Below are positions 26,865 to 37,203 of a stretch of 64,000 bases of DNA, one piece after another (positions within the stretch are counted from its first letter, which is position 1; each line of letters starts with the position of its first letter). The notes beneath the pieces are model-generated. The model saw only the letters and a list, made by a program, of their open reading frames with translations. It did not search any database and was not told where the DNA came from. Position numbers and translations under genes: made by a program. This DNA comes from Minisyncoccota bacterium (GTDB lineage: Bacteria > Patescibacteriota > Minisyncoccia > Phycocordibacterales > UBA9973): contig JBBAAI010000002.1 in assembly GCA_041658325.1 (NCBI GenBank), forward strand, positions 20,409 to 84,408, written 5' to 3'.

Positions 26865-27647
26865 ATGGATATTAAAGATTTAAATAAATCACAATTAATA
26901 TTGTTAGCAGTTTTGCTCTCTTTTGTTACCTCTATCGCAACGGGGATAACGACTGTTACCTTGATGCAACAAGCTCCAGCTTCCGTTACGACACCTATTA
27001 ATCGCGTTGTTCAACAAACAATAGAAAAAATTCAACAAGTTGAAGGAAAAACAACAGTACAAACAATTGTTGTCAAAGAAGAAGATTTGGTTGTAGATGC
27101 GCTTGCTAAAAATAAAACATCCTTATTTATAGTAACTAAAGAAATTCAAGATACAGAAGGGAAAACCATTGAAGTTTCAGCCGGACGAGGATTTGCAATT
27201 TCCGCAGATGGTATTGTTGTGGCGGATGCTTCACTTGTGCCGGATAGGGGAGTTTATTATCTTAAAAATGATAGTGGAAAATTTAAAGCGGATTTTGTAT
27301 CTGCTAATAAAGACGGGTTTTCTTTTCTAAAAATAGGAATCCCTGTAAATGGAACAGATAAGCTTGTGTTTACAGTCCCAGTTTTTGGTGATTTAAGTAA
27401 AATGAAAATTGGACAAAAAATTTTAGTAATAGGAAATACAATAATTTCTTTTATGTTTGAAGGATTGAATTCAAATAAAAGCATAGATATTAATATATCA
27501 AAATCTAATGCAGGAAGTTTAGTGCTAAATTTAGATGGGGAAGCCTTGGGAGTAGCGCTTTCTTCAGATATTTTATCTTTTGTTTCGATTAAGACTATCA
27601 ATGAAGCTTTAGTATTATCGTCAACTGCTTCGTCAAAAGTTCAATAG
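26865..27647 (+). CDS. Membrane-anchored trypsin-fold (HtrA/S1C-like) protein, catalytic triad apparently not conserved
   Basis: N-terminal TM helix. GRGFAISADGIVVADASLV aligns with the HtrA His-region but lacks His. SNAGSLVLNLDGEALGVA aligns with GNSGGPLVNLxGEVIGI, with the catalytic Ser replaced by Ala. No PDZ domain. Confidence 0.4.
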   Translation: MDIKDLNKSQLILLAVLLSFVTSIATGITTVTLMQQAPASVTTPINRVVQQTIEKIQQVEGKTTVQTIVVKEEDLVVDALAKNKTSLFIVTKEIQDTEGKTIEVSAGRGFAISADGIVVADASLVPDRGVYYLKNDSGKFKADFVSANKDGFSFLKIGIPVNGTDKLVFTVPVFGDLSKMKIGQKILVIGNTIISFMFEGLNSNKSIDINISKSNAGSLVLNLDGEALGVALSSDILSFVSIKTINEALVLSSTASSKVQ

Positions 27648-27685
27648 GATTTTTCTTCTTGACACGTAGTGTATAATTTAAATAT

Positions 27686-30373
27686 ATGCCACCTTTAAAT
27701 AAATTTACAACTAAAGCAAAAGATGCTATTAAAAAAGCCCACGAGCTAGCTATTGAGCGTGGAGTAAATCATGTTTCTTCGCTTCATCTACTTGCAGCTT
27801 TGCTATTACAAGAAGAATCCATGGTGAATTCTATTTTAGACAAATTAGAAATTGATACAATGCTTTTAACGGATTCTGTTTTAGAGTTAATTGAATTGCC
27901 AGAATCACGAAACACTGTTTCGCCATCATACCAGATTTATCTTAATCCGGATTTGGCCCAGGTCATCGAACAATCAGCTAAGTTGGCAGAATACATGAAA
28001 GATGATTTTGTTTCTACTGAGCATCTTTTTATTGCAATTCTTGAAGTTACAAGTGAAGCGCGCGAGACATTGGCACGATTCAGAATTCATAAAGATCAAG
28101 TGATAAAAGTTTTAGAAGAATTGCGTAGCCAAAATATTACTGATGTTTCAGAACCTAAAAAATTTAAATTACTTTTAAAATACACTCGCAATTTAACTAA
28201 ATTAGCTAAAGAAGATAAATTAGATCCTGTCATTGGTCGGGACAATGAAATAATTCGTATTATGCAGATACTTTCACGTCGGACCAAAAATAATCCTATT
28301 TTAATAGGGGAAGCAGGCACCGGCAAGACGGCTGTGGTGGAAGGTCTAGCTCAAATGATTGCTAAAAGTAATGTTCCAGAATCTTTAAAAGATAAAGAAT
28401 TAGTTTCACTTGATTTAGGACTTCTTGTAGCAGGAACAAAATATCGCGGAGAATTTGAAGAGAGACTAAAGGGAATAATGAAAGAAATTGAAAGATCTGA
28501 TGGAAAAATAATTCTTTTTATTGACGAAATACATACTATCGTTGGAGCTGGAGGGGCTGAAGGTACGATGGATGCTTCAAATATGTTAAAGCCAGCTCTT
28601 TCTCGCGGAGAATTGCGAGCTATTGGTGCGACGACCCTGCGAGAATATCAAAAACACATTGAAAAAGATCCCGCCTTGGCTCGTCGTTTTCAGCCTGTTT
28701 ATATTGACGAACCAAGTGTAGAAGATGCAATTGCTATTTTGCGCGGTTTAAAAGAAAGATATGAGCTTTTTCACGGTATAAGAATTACCGACGATGCGAT
28801 AATCGCTGCAGTCAATCTTTCTGCTCGTTATATTACAAACAGATTTTTACCAGATAAGGCGGTAGATTTGGTTGATGAAGCTTCTTCTTCACTTAAAATA
28901 ATGCTTGAAAATAAACCACCAGTATTGGAGGATGCCAATAGAAAAACAATGCGCTTAGAAATTGAAAAAGAAGCATTGAAGAAAGAAATTAATTCTTCCT
29001 CGGGAAAGCAAAAAGAAAAAGAAATAAAAAATAGAATTAAGGAGATTGATAAAGAAATAGGAAATTTATCTGAAAAAACCAAGGAACTTGAATTGAAATG
29101 GCAGAATGAAAAATCAACTGTATTAGAAATTAGAAGTATAAAAAAAGACATGGAAAGTATTCGTTTAGAAGCAGAAAATGCTGAAATGAAATCAGATCTT
29201 TCTTTAGCTGCAGAAATACGTTATGGAAAAATACCAGCTCTTAAAAAAGATCTTGATATAAAACTTGCCCGATTAAAAAAATTACAGAAATCTCGTAGAA
29301 TCTTAAAAGAAGAAATTACAGCAGAAGACATAGCAGAAGTGGTTGCTCGCTGGACAGGGATACCGCTTACTAAAATGTTAGAAGAAGAAAGAGAAAAACT
29401 TGAGAAGATGGAAACAGAATTAGAAAAAAGAGTTATTGGCCAAAATGAAGCCATTAAACGAGTGGCTGATGTGATTCGTCGCTCTCGGGCGGGTATAGGA
29501 GATCCGAATCGTCCTATTGGCTCATTTATTTTCCTAGGCCCAACGGGAGTCGGCAAAACAGAGCTTACTAAAGCTTTAGGGCAATTTATGTTCAACGATG
29601 ACAACGCTATTATTCGTGTAGATATGTCTGAATATATGGAAAGACATTCAATGTCTAAGCTTATTGGTTCTCCGCCGGGATATGTGGGTTATGATGAATC
29701 AGGTCAATTAACAGAAGCTGTTCGGCATAGGCCTTATGCAGTAATACTTTTTGACGAGATTGAAAAAGCTCATCCAGAAGTTTTCAATGTGCTTTTACAG
29801 GTTATTGATGAGGGAAGATTGACTGATGGAAAAGGAAGGGTGGTTAACTTTAAAAACGCAATTATTATTCTTACTTCTAATATCGGTTCACAGTTTGTGG
29901 AGAAAATGGAATCAATCGGATTTTCTAATAATTCTAATAAACAAGATTATGGCAATATGAAGGAAAAAGTTTTGGAAGCACTTAAAGATAATTTCCGTCC
30001 AGAATTTTTGAATCGCCTGGACGAAGTTATTGTCTTTGATGTTCTCTCCGAGGAAGCAATCAGGGAAATAGTTAATTTGAGAATAAAAGTTGTTCATGAT
30101 CGACTTAACGCAAAAGGAATTAATTTAGAGATTTCCGAGGAAGCGCTTTCATATTTGGCAAAGACTGGTTATGATCCGCATTATGGCGCTCGTCCCTTAA
30201 ATCGCTTAATTCAAAATAAAATTTTAAATCCCGTTGCTTCATATATTATTAGCAATGGTGTAAAGAAAGGGGATGCTGTTGTTGTCTCGGTTAAAGGAGA
30301 TGAACTAGATATTGCCACCAAAAAAGGAAAAATCAAAAGCTCAATTCGCATTCGATCACGCTCTACTGTCTAA
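27686..30373 (+). CDS. clpB: ATP-dependent chaperone ClpB
   Basis: Clp N-domain, two AAA+ modules (GEAGTGKTA; GPTGVGKTE), and a long middle coiled-coil between NBD1 and NBD2 characteristic of ClpB. 895 aa. Confidence 0.9.
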   Translation: MPPLNKFTTKAKDAIKKAHELAIERGVNHVSSLHLLAALLLQEESMVNSILDKLEIDTMLLTDSVLELIELPESRNTVSPSYQIYLNPDLAQVIEQSAKLAEYMKDDFVSTEHLFIAILEVTSEARETLARFRIHKDQVIKVLEELRSQNITDVSEPKKFKLLLKYTRNLTKLAKEDKLDPVIGRDNEIIRIMQILSRRTKNNPILIGEAGTGKTAVVEGLAQMIAKSNVPESLKDKELVSLDLGLLVAGTKYRGEFEERLKGIMKEIERSDGKIILFIDEIHTIVGAGGAEGTMDASNMLKPALSRGELRAIGATTLREYQKHIEKDPALARRFQPVYIDEPSVEDAIAILRGLKERYELFHGIRITDDAIIAAVNLSARYITNRFLPDKAVDLVDEASSSLKIMLENKPPVLEDANRKTMRLEIEKEALKKEINSSSGKQKEKEIKNRIKEIDKEIGNLSEKTKELELKWQNEKSTVLEIRSIKKDMESIRLEAENAEMKSDLSLAAEIRYGKIPALKKDLDIKLARLKKLQKSRRILKEEITAEDIAEVVARWTGIPLTKMLEEEREKLEKMETELEKRVIGQNEAIKRVADVIRRSRAGIGDPNRPIGSFIFLGPTGVGKTELTKALGQFMFNDDNAIIRVDMSEYMERHSMSKLIGSPPGYVGYDESGQLTEAVRHRPYAVILFDEIEKAHPEVFNVLLQVIDEGRLTDGKGRVVNFKNAIIILTSNIGSQFVEKMESIGFSNNSNKQDYGNMKEKVLEALKDNFRPEFLNRLDEVIVFDVLSEEAIREIVNLRIKVVHDRLNAKGINLEISEEALSYLAKTGYDPHYGARPLNRLIQNKILNPVASYIISNGVKKGDAVVVSVKGDELDIATKKGKIKSSIRIRSRSTV

Positions 30374-30511
30374 AACAAGTTAATAATGCGAACATTAAAT
30401 AGATGCAAAAAATAAATTTTTGTGTTATTTTGTATGCATGCGTCGGTATCGGGTGCGCAGGAAAGGCTACTATCTTAGTATAATGATTTAGTAGGTATAA
30501 AAATAAAATAT

Positions 30512-30597
30512 GCGTCGGTGGTAGAGTGGTCAATTACAACAGACTGTAAATCTGTCGCCTTAGGGCTACGAAGGTTCGAATCCTTCCCGACGCACCA
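30512..30597 (+). tRNA. tRNA-Tyr (anticodon GTA), CCA encoded
   Basis: Acceptor GCGTCGG/CCGACGC, anticodon stem-loop ACAGA-CUGUAAA-UCUGU, long variable arm, T-arm GAAGGTTCGAATCCTTC, 3' ACCA. Confidence 0.8.
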
Positions 30598-30612
30598 AAA
30601 TTAAAATATTTT

Positions 30613-31071
30613 ATGAATCTTGAACACATAAGACACTTTAGTGAAGAATATGATATTCCGAATGAAGAAATGGAAGGCTTTGTTAGCAAGGCCGACCTTC
30701 CTATTTTGCCAGAAGATCTTGAAAATTTGTGCGCAGGAAATGAAGAACTTCAATCTTTATACGAAGGAATGGTACAAAAGTGTTTTGAATATACTGCTGA
30801 TGTGTTTAAATTAAAAAAAATAGCGGAAGAAAATGTAAGTCTGAGAGACGAAGAGTGGCGAATTAATTTGCAGAAAGCTGATCAGGATCGTCGTATTTTG
30901 CACGAAGCAACGATGGATAGTATCAACATTTTAGGTCGTAATTTAAAAAAAGAAGGAAAATCAAACGAATGGTTGCGTACGATCGCAGGCGAAAGAAGCA
31001 GATATACAAGATTTGCAATTGCTTTTGCTTTCAGTTATTATCTATTCTTGAGAAGAAAAGAAGAACAATAA
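30613..31071 (+). CDS. Hypothetical protein
   Basis: 152 aa, acidic, with a hydrophobic C-terminal segment (FAIAFAFSYYLFL). No recognisable family. Confidence 0.35.
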   Translation: MNLEHIRHFSEEYDIPNEEMEGFVSKADLPILPEDLENLCAGNEELQSLYEGMVQKCFEYTADVFKLKKIAEENVSLRDEEWRINLQKADQDRRILHEATMDSINILGRNLKKEGKSNEWLRTIAGERSRYTRFAIAFAFSYYLFLRRKEEQ

Positions 31072-31072
31072 A

Positions 31073-31288
31073 ATGGATGAATTCAAACTTGAAAAAAATA
31101 GTATCAATTTAGCAAAAAAAATTACTCCTGAAAAGAGAAATGAATACATTTTAATAGCGATGGACTGGTCTCAGAAAATGCTTGCAGGAGAGGAAAAAGA
31201 AGCTCTTCTCTTGAAAAAAGAGTTGCTCCGCATAGAACAAGAATTATCAATGACCCCCGAACAAATTATGAATAGTAAGCCAAAGTAG
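31073..31288 (+). CDS. Hypothetical small protein
   Basis: 71 aa, predicted helical and charged. Start lies 2 nt after the previous stop. Confidence 0.3.
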   Translation: MDEFKLEKNSINLAKKITPEKRNEYILIAMDWSQKMLAGEEKEALLLKKELLRIEQELSMTPEQIMNSKPK

Positions 31289-31353
31289 CTTTTCTTATTC
31301 TTAGCCAATAGTTTGTTATTTCTATAAAAGTATGTTATTATGTTAATAGTTTC

Positions 31354-31378
31354 AAAAAGGCCTTCGGGCTTTTTTATT
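31354..31378 (+). terminator. Intrinsic terminator (aaaggcc-ttcg-ggcttt plus T-tract)
   Basis: GC stem with a UUCG loop, then TTTTTTATTT. Confidence 0.65.
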
Positions 31379-31407
31379 TCGGTAACACAACAATATAATT
31401 AAAAAAC

Positions 31408-33210
31408 ATGGAAATTAGAAATATAGCAATAATAGCGCACGTGGACCACGGCAAGACAACCTTGACTGATGCTTTAATGAAGCAAAATGGTGGATTCCAA
31501 GATGAGGGGGTATCAATGGATTCAAACGATCTTGAAAAAGAGCGGGGTATTACTATTTATTCTAAGAATACTTCTATCTATTACAAAGACACAAAGATAA
31601 ACATTGTAGATACCCCCGGTCACGCTGACTTCGGTTCGGAAGTAGAACGTGTTTTACGCGCCATTGATTCTGTGCTTTTATTAGTAGATGCAGTAGAGGG
31701 ACCAATGCCTCAAACCAGATTCGTCTTAAAAAAATCTTTAGAATTAGGGCTTAAGCCGATAGTGGTTATAAATAAAATAGATAAACCGGCGGCTGATCCG
31801 CACAGAGTGCATGAAGAAATTTTAGATTTATTTTTTGAATTAGGGGCAAACGAAGAACAGGCAAATTTTGAAACAGTTTACGCGATTGGTCGTGAAGGAA
31901 AAGCATTTAGATACTTAGGGGATGAATCCATGGATCTTTCTCCAATTCTTGATTTAATTTTAGAAAAAGTTCCTTCAGCTTCTCTAAATAAAACTGGGAA
32001 AATGTCTGCGCAAGTTTTTAATTTGGGCTATGATAATTTTTTAGGTAGAATGGCGGTGGCTCGAATTTATTCTGGAAAAATAAATTCTTCCAGTCAGGTT
32101 TTTATAAAAGGAGAAAATGGAACTAGAAAAGGAAAAATTACAAAATTATTTGGTTTTGAAGGAATAGACAGAAAAGAAGAAGAAATAGCTTCTTCTGGTG
32201 ACATTGTTCTTTTGGCAGGAATTCCAGATATTTATATTGGAGAGACAATTTGTGAAGATGAGAGCGTAGAAATATTACCCCATATCGCCATCGATGAGCC
32301 GACCCTTTCGCTTAATTTTTTAGTTAATGATTCTCCTTTTGCTGGCCGGGAAGGAAAATTTGTTACTTCCAGACAAATTAAAGAAAGATTGGAAAAAGAA
32401 TTAGAAATAAACGTTGGACTAAAAGTTGATTTTTCTCCAGATCAAGGAGAAAATAAAATGGGTCCAAGTTTTTTTAAAGTATATGGCCGAGGAGAACTTC
32501 ATGTTGCAATTTTATTAGAAAATATGCGCCGAGAAGGTTTTGAAATGCAAGTTTCGCAACCAGAAGTTATTATCAAAGAAGAAAATGGTGTTAAAACAGA
32601 ACCTTATGAAGAACTTGTGATTGATGTTCCAATGGAATTTTCTGGCAGTGTAATTGAAAAGATAGGCAAAAGACGGGGTATTATGAAGGATATGGTAGAA
32701 AAAGAAGGAATTGTGAGGGTTATTTTTAATATACCAACACGTGGACTTTTAGGTTATCGCAGTGAATTTATTATAGATACAAAAGGAGAAGGCATAATGT
32801 CTTCGCGAGTTACTGGTTTTAAGGAATATGCTGGAGAAATCAAAAAAAGAGAGTATGGTTCAATGACTTCTATGGTGGCTGGCAAGGCGGTGGCCTTTTC
32901 TCTTGCAAATTTACAAGAACGTGGTATATTGTACATAGATCATGGAACAGAGGTTTATGAAGGAATGGTTGTTGGAAATGTTCTGAAAGGAGACGATATG
33001 TCTGTAAATCCGACGAAAGGAAAACAACTTACTAACATGAGAGCTTCTGGTACAGATGAAGCCATTACCTTAAATCCTGTTTTTGTTTTGAGTATTGAGC
33101 GAGGTCTTGAAGTCATGAATGGAGATGAATATTTAGAAATTACCCCAAAATCTGTTAGACTTCGTAAGAGATACCTGACTGAGATTGATCGAGTAAAAGC
33201 CAAAAGATAA
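31408..33210 (+). CDS. typA: Translational GTPase TypA/BipA
   Basis: IAIIAHVDHGKTTL, DTPGHADF, NKID. EF-G-like domain order but about 600 aa. Confidence 0.9.
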   Translation: MEIRNIAIIAHVDHGKTTLTDALMKQNGGFQDEGVSMDSNDLEKERGITIYSKNTSIYYKDTKINIVDTPGHADFGSEVERVLRAIDSVLLLVDAVEGPMPQTRFVLKKSLELGLKPIVVINKIDKPAADPHRVHEEILDLFFELGANEEQANFETVYAIGREGKAFRYLGDESMDLSPILDLILEKVPSASLNKTGKMSAQVFNLGYDNFLGRMAVARIYSGKINSSSQVFIKGENGTRKGKITKLFGFEGIDRKEEEIASSGDIVLLAGIPDIYIGETICEDESVEILPHIAIDEPTLSLNFLVNDSPFAGREGKFVTSRQIKERLEKELEINVGLKVDFSPDQGENKMGPSFFKVYGRGELHVAILLENMRREGFEMQVSQPEVIIKEENGVKTEPYEELVIDVPMEFSGSVIEKIGKRRGIMKDMVEKEGIVRVIFNIPTRGLLGYRSEFIIDTKGEGIMSSRVTGFKEYAGEIKKREYGSMTSMVAGKAVAFSLANLQERGILYIDHGTEVYEGMVVGNVLKGDDMSVNPTKGKQLTNMRASGTDEAITLNPVFVLSIERGLEVMNGDEYLEITPKSVRLRKRYLTEIDRVKAKR

Positions 33211-33257
33211 CCAAGATTTTAACTTTTAAGAAATTTATAATTTTAAATCAAACAATT

Positions 33258-34289
33258 ATGTCAACAACATCTTTCAAACCCAAAAAAGTAACTCAAAAAA
33301 TAACTTCGCACCTTAAGGATCGTGCGCTAGATGTGATTATGAATCGTTTTGGTTTGACTGATGATGGAAGCAAAAAAACCCTTGAAGAAATTGGTAAGAA
33401 ATATGGAATTACTAGAGAGCGTGTTCGTCAAATTGAAGATGCCGCAATTAATTTAATTAAAAAATCTGATGCTTATAAAAATGAACAGGCTGTTTTTGAT
33501 GAATTAAGGCAAATATTACACAGCCTAGGTTCTATCGTTGCTGAGCACGAATTGCTGCCTTATTTTTCTAAGGAAAAAGTGACCCAAAATCACATTAATT
33601 TTTTCTTAGTACTGGGTGATGCTTTTAAGAAACATCGCGAAGATGAACATTTCCATGCTCGTTGGAGCGTAGATGATACTATGGCTGAAAAAGTTCATGA
33701 TTCTTTAAAGAAACTTTATGTCAGTTTGAAAGACGAAGATCTTATTTCAGAAACTGAAATGATAAAGAAATTTTTTGATCAAATGAAAGATGTTGCGGAT
33801 AAATACAGAGATGAAGAAATGGTTAAAAGATGGCTTTCTATGTCTAAAACTGTTTCCAAGAATCCTTTAGGTGAGTGGGGAAAAACCTCTTCTCCTAATA
33901 TTCGTACACGAGGAGTTAAAGATTATGCTTTTCTTGTAATGAGACGTCATGGTTCACCTATGCATTTTAAGGAAGTAGCTGATGCAATTTCTAAAACTTT
34001 TGGTAAAAAAACACACTATGCTACTTGTCACAACGAACTTATAAGAGATTCTCGTTTTATTTTAGTTGGTAGGGGAATGTATGCTCTTGCTGAGTGGGGT
34101 TATAAAACAGGTATTGCTCGTGAAGTAATTCAAGATATTTTAAAGAGAGAAGGCATGCCTTTATCTAAAGATGATGTTGTTACAAAAGTGATGAAAGAAA
34201 GATATTTCAAAAAAAATACCATTTTAGTAAATTTAGCTAATTCAAAATACTTCAAAAAGAACAAAAATGGGCTTTATACTATTGCCTAA
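33258..34289 (+). CDS. Sigma-70 region-4-like HTH domain protein (not a full sigma factor)
   Basis: N-terminal LEEIGKKYGITRERVRQIEDAAINLIKK matches the sigma70 region 4 HTH. The remaining roughly 270 aa show no sigma region 2 or 3 features. Confidence 0.45.
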   Translation: MSTTSFKPKKVTQKITSHLKDRALDVIMNRFGLTDDGSKKTLEEIGKKYGITRERVRQIEDAAINLIKKSDAYKNEQAVFDELRQILHSLGSIVAEHELLPYFSKEKVTQNHINFFLVLGDAFKKHREDEHFHARWSVDDTMAEKVHDSLKKLYVSLKDEDLISETEMIKKFFDQMKDVADKYRDEEMVKRWLSMSKTVSKNPLGEWGKTSSPNIRTRGVKDYAFLVMRRHGSPMHFKEVADAISKTFGKKTHYATCHNELIRDSRFILVGRGMYALAEWGYKTGIAREVIQDILKREGMPLSKDDVVTKVMKERYFKKNTILVNLANSKYFKKNKNGLYTIA

Positions 34290-34337
34290 TCTTTTTATTT
34301 GCTTTGTTTATTTTAATTTTTATATTAAAATATAAGA

Positions 34338-35723
34338 ATGGAACAGTTTCTTGATTCTGTTGAGGAAGGAATAAAAAAAAATTGGTCTTGGATTTTGTTA
34401 ATAATCATTGGTTTTTTTATATTTGCGTATGGCCTACAGTATAGTTTGATTAAAAGCATTTTGCCTTTAATCGGTACAATATTATTAGGTTGGATTGCTT
34501 GGAAACTCTGGGTTCACTATGTACAGCAGGATTTTATTTCTGGGATAGATTTTGTTTTGCTTGAGATAGTTCCACCACGTGAAGTTTTACGTTCTCCGAA
34601 AGCGATGGAACTTTTTTTTACAAATGCTCTTTATCACTGGAGTATGAAAGGAGGGAAAGAGCAATATTGGCAAGGAGCTGTGTGGTTTTGGTTTTCTTTA
34701 GAAATTGCATCTATCGACGGGCAAGTACATTTTTATATACGAACACCGACACGTGTAAGAAGTTTAATTGAAACACAAATATATGCACAATATCCTCAAG
34801 CGCAAGTAAAAGCAGTAGAAGATTACACTTTAGCCGTAGACAAGATAACTCCAACAAGTTCTTGGAATGGTTGGGGGTGTGAATTTGGATTGGCAAAACC
34901 AGAAGCCTACCCTCTTAAAACATATGTAGATTTTGGTTTGGATAAAGATCCAAAAGAAGAATTCAAGGTTGATCCCATCTCTCCAATCATAGAACTTTTT
35001 GGGTCACTAAAAAAAGGAGAACAAATGTGGATTCAAATTGTTATTACTCCTTCAAAAAAAGAATACCATACTCACGGTTCTTATTTTGATAAGCACGATT
35101 GGGTAAAACAATCTAGTTTAGAAATTGAAAAATTATTAAAACCATACAGTCGTGTACATCCCCCAAACGATCACGATGGAGTTTCTGCTGTTCAGACATT
35201 TGTTCCTGAGCAACTAAAAAAGATTTTGGAAATGATGACTCTTAAGACTACCAAAATTGGTTTTGACACGGGGATAAGAGTTATGTATGTTGCAAAAAAA
35301 GAAGTCTTTGATATGAGTAATAGAAGAAATATTCGTCTTATTTTTCGTCAATATGCTAACCCTAGTTCCAATGAACTTGTGCGTGTAAATTCAACCCAAG
35401 CAGATGCTTTTAATACTAGTTATTTTATGCTTCCTCCAGAAAAAGTAATGATTTTAGCAAATAGAATGCTTTTAGAATACCAAGAACGTTCTTTCTTCCA
35501 TCCTCCATTACGCCATCATCTTATCAACAATCATAACTTTAAGGGAGTTGCTTTGTTCATCGTTAAACAATTTTTTATGCCATATTTTCATCCTCCCATT
35601 TTTGTTTTAAACGTTGAAGAGTTGGCTACATTGTGGCACTTCCCAGGACAGATATTAAAAGTTCCAACGCTTGAACGTATTGAATCCAAAGAAGCTTCTC
35701 CTCCCACCAATTTACCTACCTAA
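34338..35723 (+). CDS. Hypothetical membrane protein (two N-terminal TM helices plus large soluble domain)
   Basis: 461 aa. TM helices WILLIIIGFFIFAYGL and ILPLIGTILLGWIAWKLWV, followed by a segment FVLLEIVPPREVLRSPKAMELFF. No family recognised from sequence. Confidence 0.35.
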   Translation: MEQFLDSVEEGIKKNWSWILLIIIGFFIFAYGLQYSLIKSILPLIGTILLGWIAWKLWVHYVQQDFISGIDFVLLEIVPPREVLRSPKAMELFFTNALYHWSMKGGKEQYWQGAVWFWFSLEIASIDGQVHFYIRTPTRVRSLIETQIYAQYPQAQVKAVEDYTLAVDKITPTSSWNGWGCEFGLAKPEAYPLKTYVDFGLDKDPKEEFKVDPISPIIELFGSLKKGEQMWIQIVITPSKKEYHTHGSYFDKHDWVKQSSLEIEKLLKPYSRVHPPNDHDGVSAVQTFVPEQLKKILEMMTLKTTKIGFDTGIRVMYVAKKEVFDMSNRRNIRLIFRQYANPSSNELVRVNSTQADAFNTSYFMLPPEKVMILANRMLLEYQERSFFHPPLRHHLINNHNFKGVALFIVKQFFMPYFHPPIFVLNVEELATLWHFPGQILKVPTLERIESKEASPPTNLPT

Positions 35724-35726
35724 TTT

Positions 35727-36653
35727 ATGGAAAACTTATCTTCACTCAACGAGCTTGAACATCCTGTGTCTAAGTTGAATAAAAAAAATGCTATTTATCT
35801 ACTTAGCATAGTTTTGTTTTTGATTCTTTTTTATTTTTTCTTTTTTAGTGCGCCGATAAATTTTCCAGTTGGATCAATTGTAAGAATAGAAAAAGGGTCA
35901 AGTCTGCGAAGTATTTCTCTGGCCTTGAAAAAGCAAGATATTATACGATCTAGGGTAATTTTTGAATCTTTTGTAATAATTTTTGGTGGGGAATTGCATA
36001 TACAGTCCGCCGATTATTTATTTGAATATAAATTGCCGATTTGGCAGGTTGCTAAACGTATTGTCCTGGGTGAACATAATATGGTGCCTGTTTCAGTAAC
36101 GATTCCAGAAGGATTTAATGTGAATCAAATCGGAGATACTTTTGCAAAAGAATTGACAAATTTTAGTAAGGCAAAATTTTTATTTCAAGCGAAAAAGTTA
36201 GAAGGCTATCTTTTTCCAGATACTTATTTTTTCTTAACCACTGACAATGAAAAAGATGTCATAGAATCTATGAGTAAAAATTTTGAAAAGAAAATTGCTC
36301 CGCTTCGTCCAGAAATTATTTCTTCGGGTAAAACAGAAAAAAATATTATTATCATGGCTTCGATTATTGAAGGAGAAGCGAAGGGGGACGGGGATCGGAA
36401 TATTATTTCCGGAATTCTCTGGAAAAGAATATCCATCGGTATGCCACTCCAAGTCGATGTCGCGCCAGAAACCTATAAAACAAAAGGATTGCCGGAAAGT
36501 CCTATCGGCAATCCAGGCCTCGATGCCATAAAAGCATCTATCCACCCTCAAAATTCTCCTTATCTTTATTATTTGCATGATAAGGACGGTAATATTTATT
36601 ATGCAAAAACTTTTGGAGAGCATTCAAAAAATATAATAAAATATTTAAAGTAA
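35727..36653 (+). CDS. mltG: Endolytic murein transglycosylase MltG (YceG-like)
   Basis: N-terminal TM helix, then the YceG motif EGYLFPDTY and the catalytic-region pattern IIEGEA. Confidence 0.8.
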   Translation: MENLSSLNELEHPVSKLNKKNAIYLLSIVLFLILFYFFFFSAPINFPVGSIVRIEKGSSLRSISLALKKQDIIRSRVIFESFVIIFGGELHIQSADYLFEYKLPIWQVAKRIVLGEHNMVPVSVTIPEGFNVNQIGDTFAKELTNFSKAKFLFQAKKLEGYLFPDTYFFLTTDNEKDVIESMSKNFEKKIAPLRPEIISSGKTEKNIIIMASIIEGEAKGDGDRNIISGILWKRISIGMPLQVDVAPETYKTKGLPESPIGNPGLDAIKASIHPQNSPYLYYLHDKDGNIYYAKTFGEHSKNIIKYLK

Positions 36654-36666
36654 TATAATAAGAAAG

Positions 36667-37194
36667 ATGAGAAAACATAATTTAGCTTTTATTGACGTGG
36701 AACTTACCGGGCTTGATTTAGGAAAGCACGAGATTATTGAAATCGGCTGTATTATTACAACGCCAGAATTTGAAGTACTGGAAGAATTCGAGTTGAAGAT
36801 AAAACCAGAAAGGATAGAAGATGCTGACCCCGTCTCCTTAAAGATAAGTCATTACAACGAGAAAGATTGGGCGGACGCATATTCTTTAGAAGAAGCCATA
36901 AAAATTTTTTCTGAAAAAGTTGGAGGTTGTATTATGGTCGCTCACAACATTGCTTTTGATTCAGAATTTTTGGATTATGCTTTTTCAAAAACTGGCATAA
37001 AAAATACTATGCATTATCACAGACTAGACACGATATCTCTCGCCTGGGCAAAACTGCACCGTGAACCTGATCTTGAACATTTTTCTTTGCGTGAATTGTG
37101 CGTGCGTTTTGAAATAAAAAATGAACATGCGCATACTGCGCTCTCTGATGCCTGCGCAACCTTTGAACTTTACAAAAAGCTGATGGAATTGTAA
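36667..37194 (+). CDS. 3'-5' exonuclease (DnaQ/DEDDh, Pol III epsilon-like)
   Basis: Exo I (FIDVELTG), Exo II (HNIAFDSEFL) and Exo III (HTALSDACATFELY) motifs. Confidence 0.75.
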   Translation: MRKHNLAFIDVELTGLDLGKHEIIEIGCIITTPEFEVLEEFELKIKPERIEDADPVSLKISHYNEKDWADAYSLEEAIKIFSEKVGGCIMVAHNIAFDSEFLDYAFSKTGIKNTMHYHRLDTISLAWAKLHREPDLEHFSLRELCVRFEIKNEHAHTALSDACATFELYKKLMEL

Positions 37195-37203
37195 GGTCTA
37201 TAT

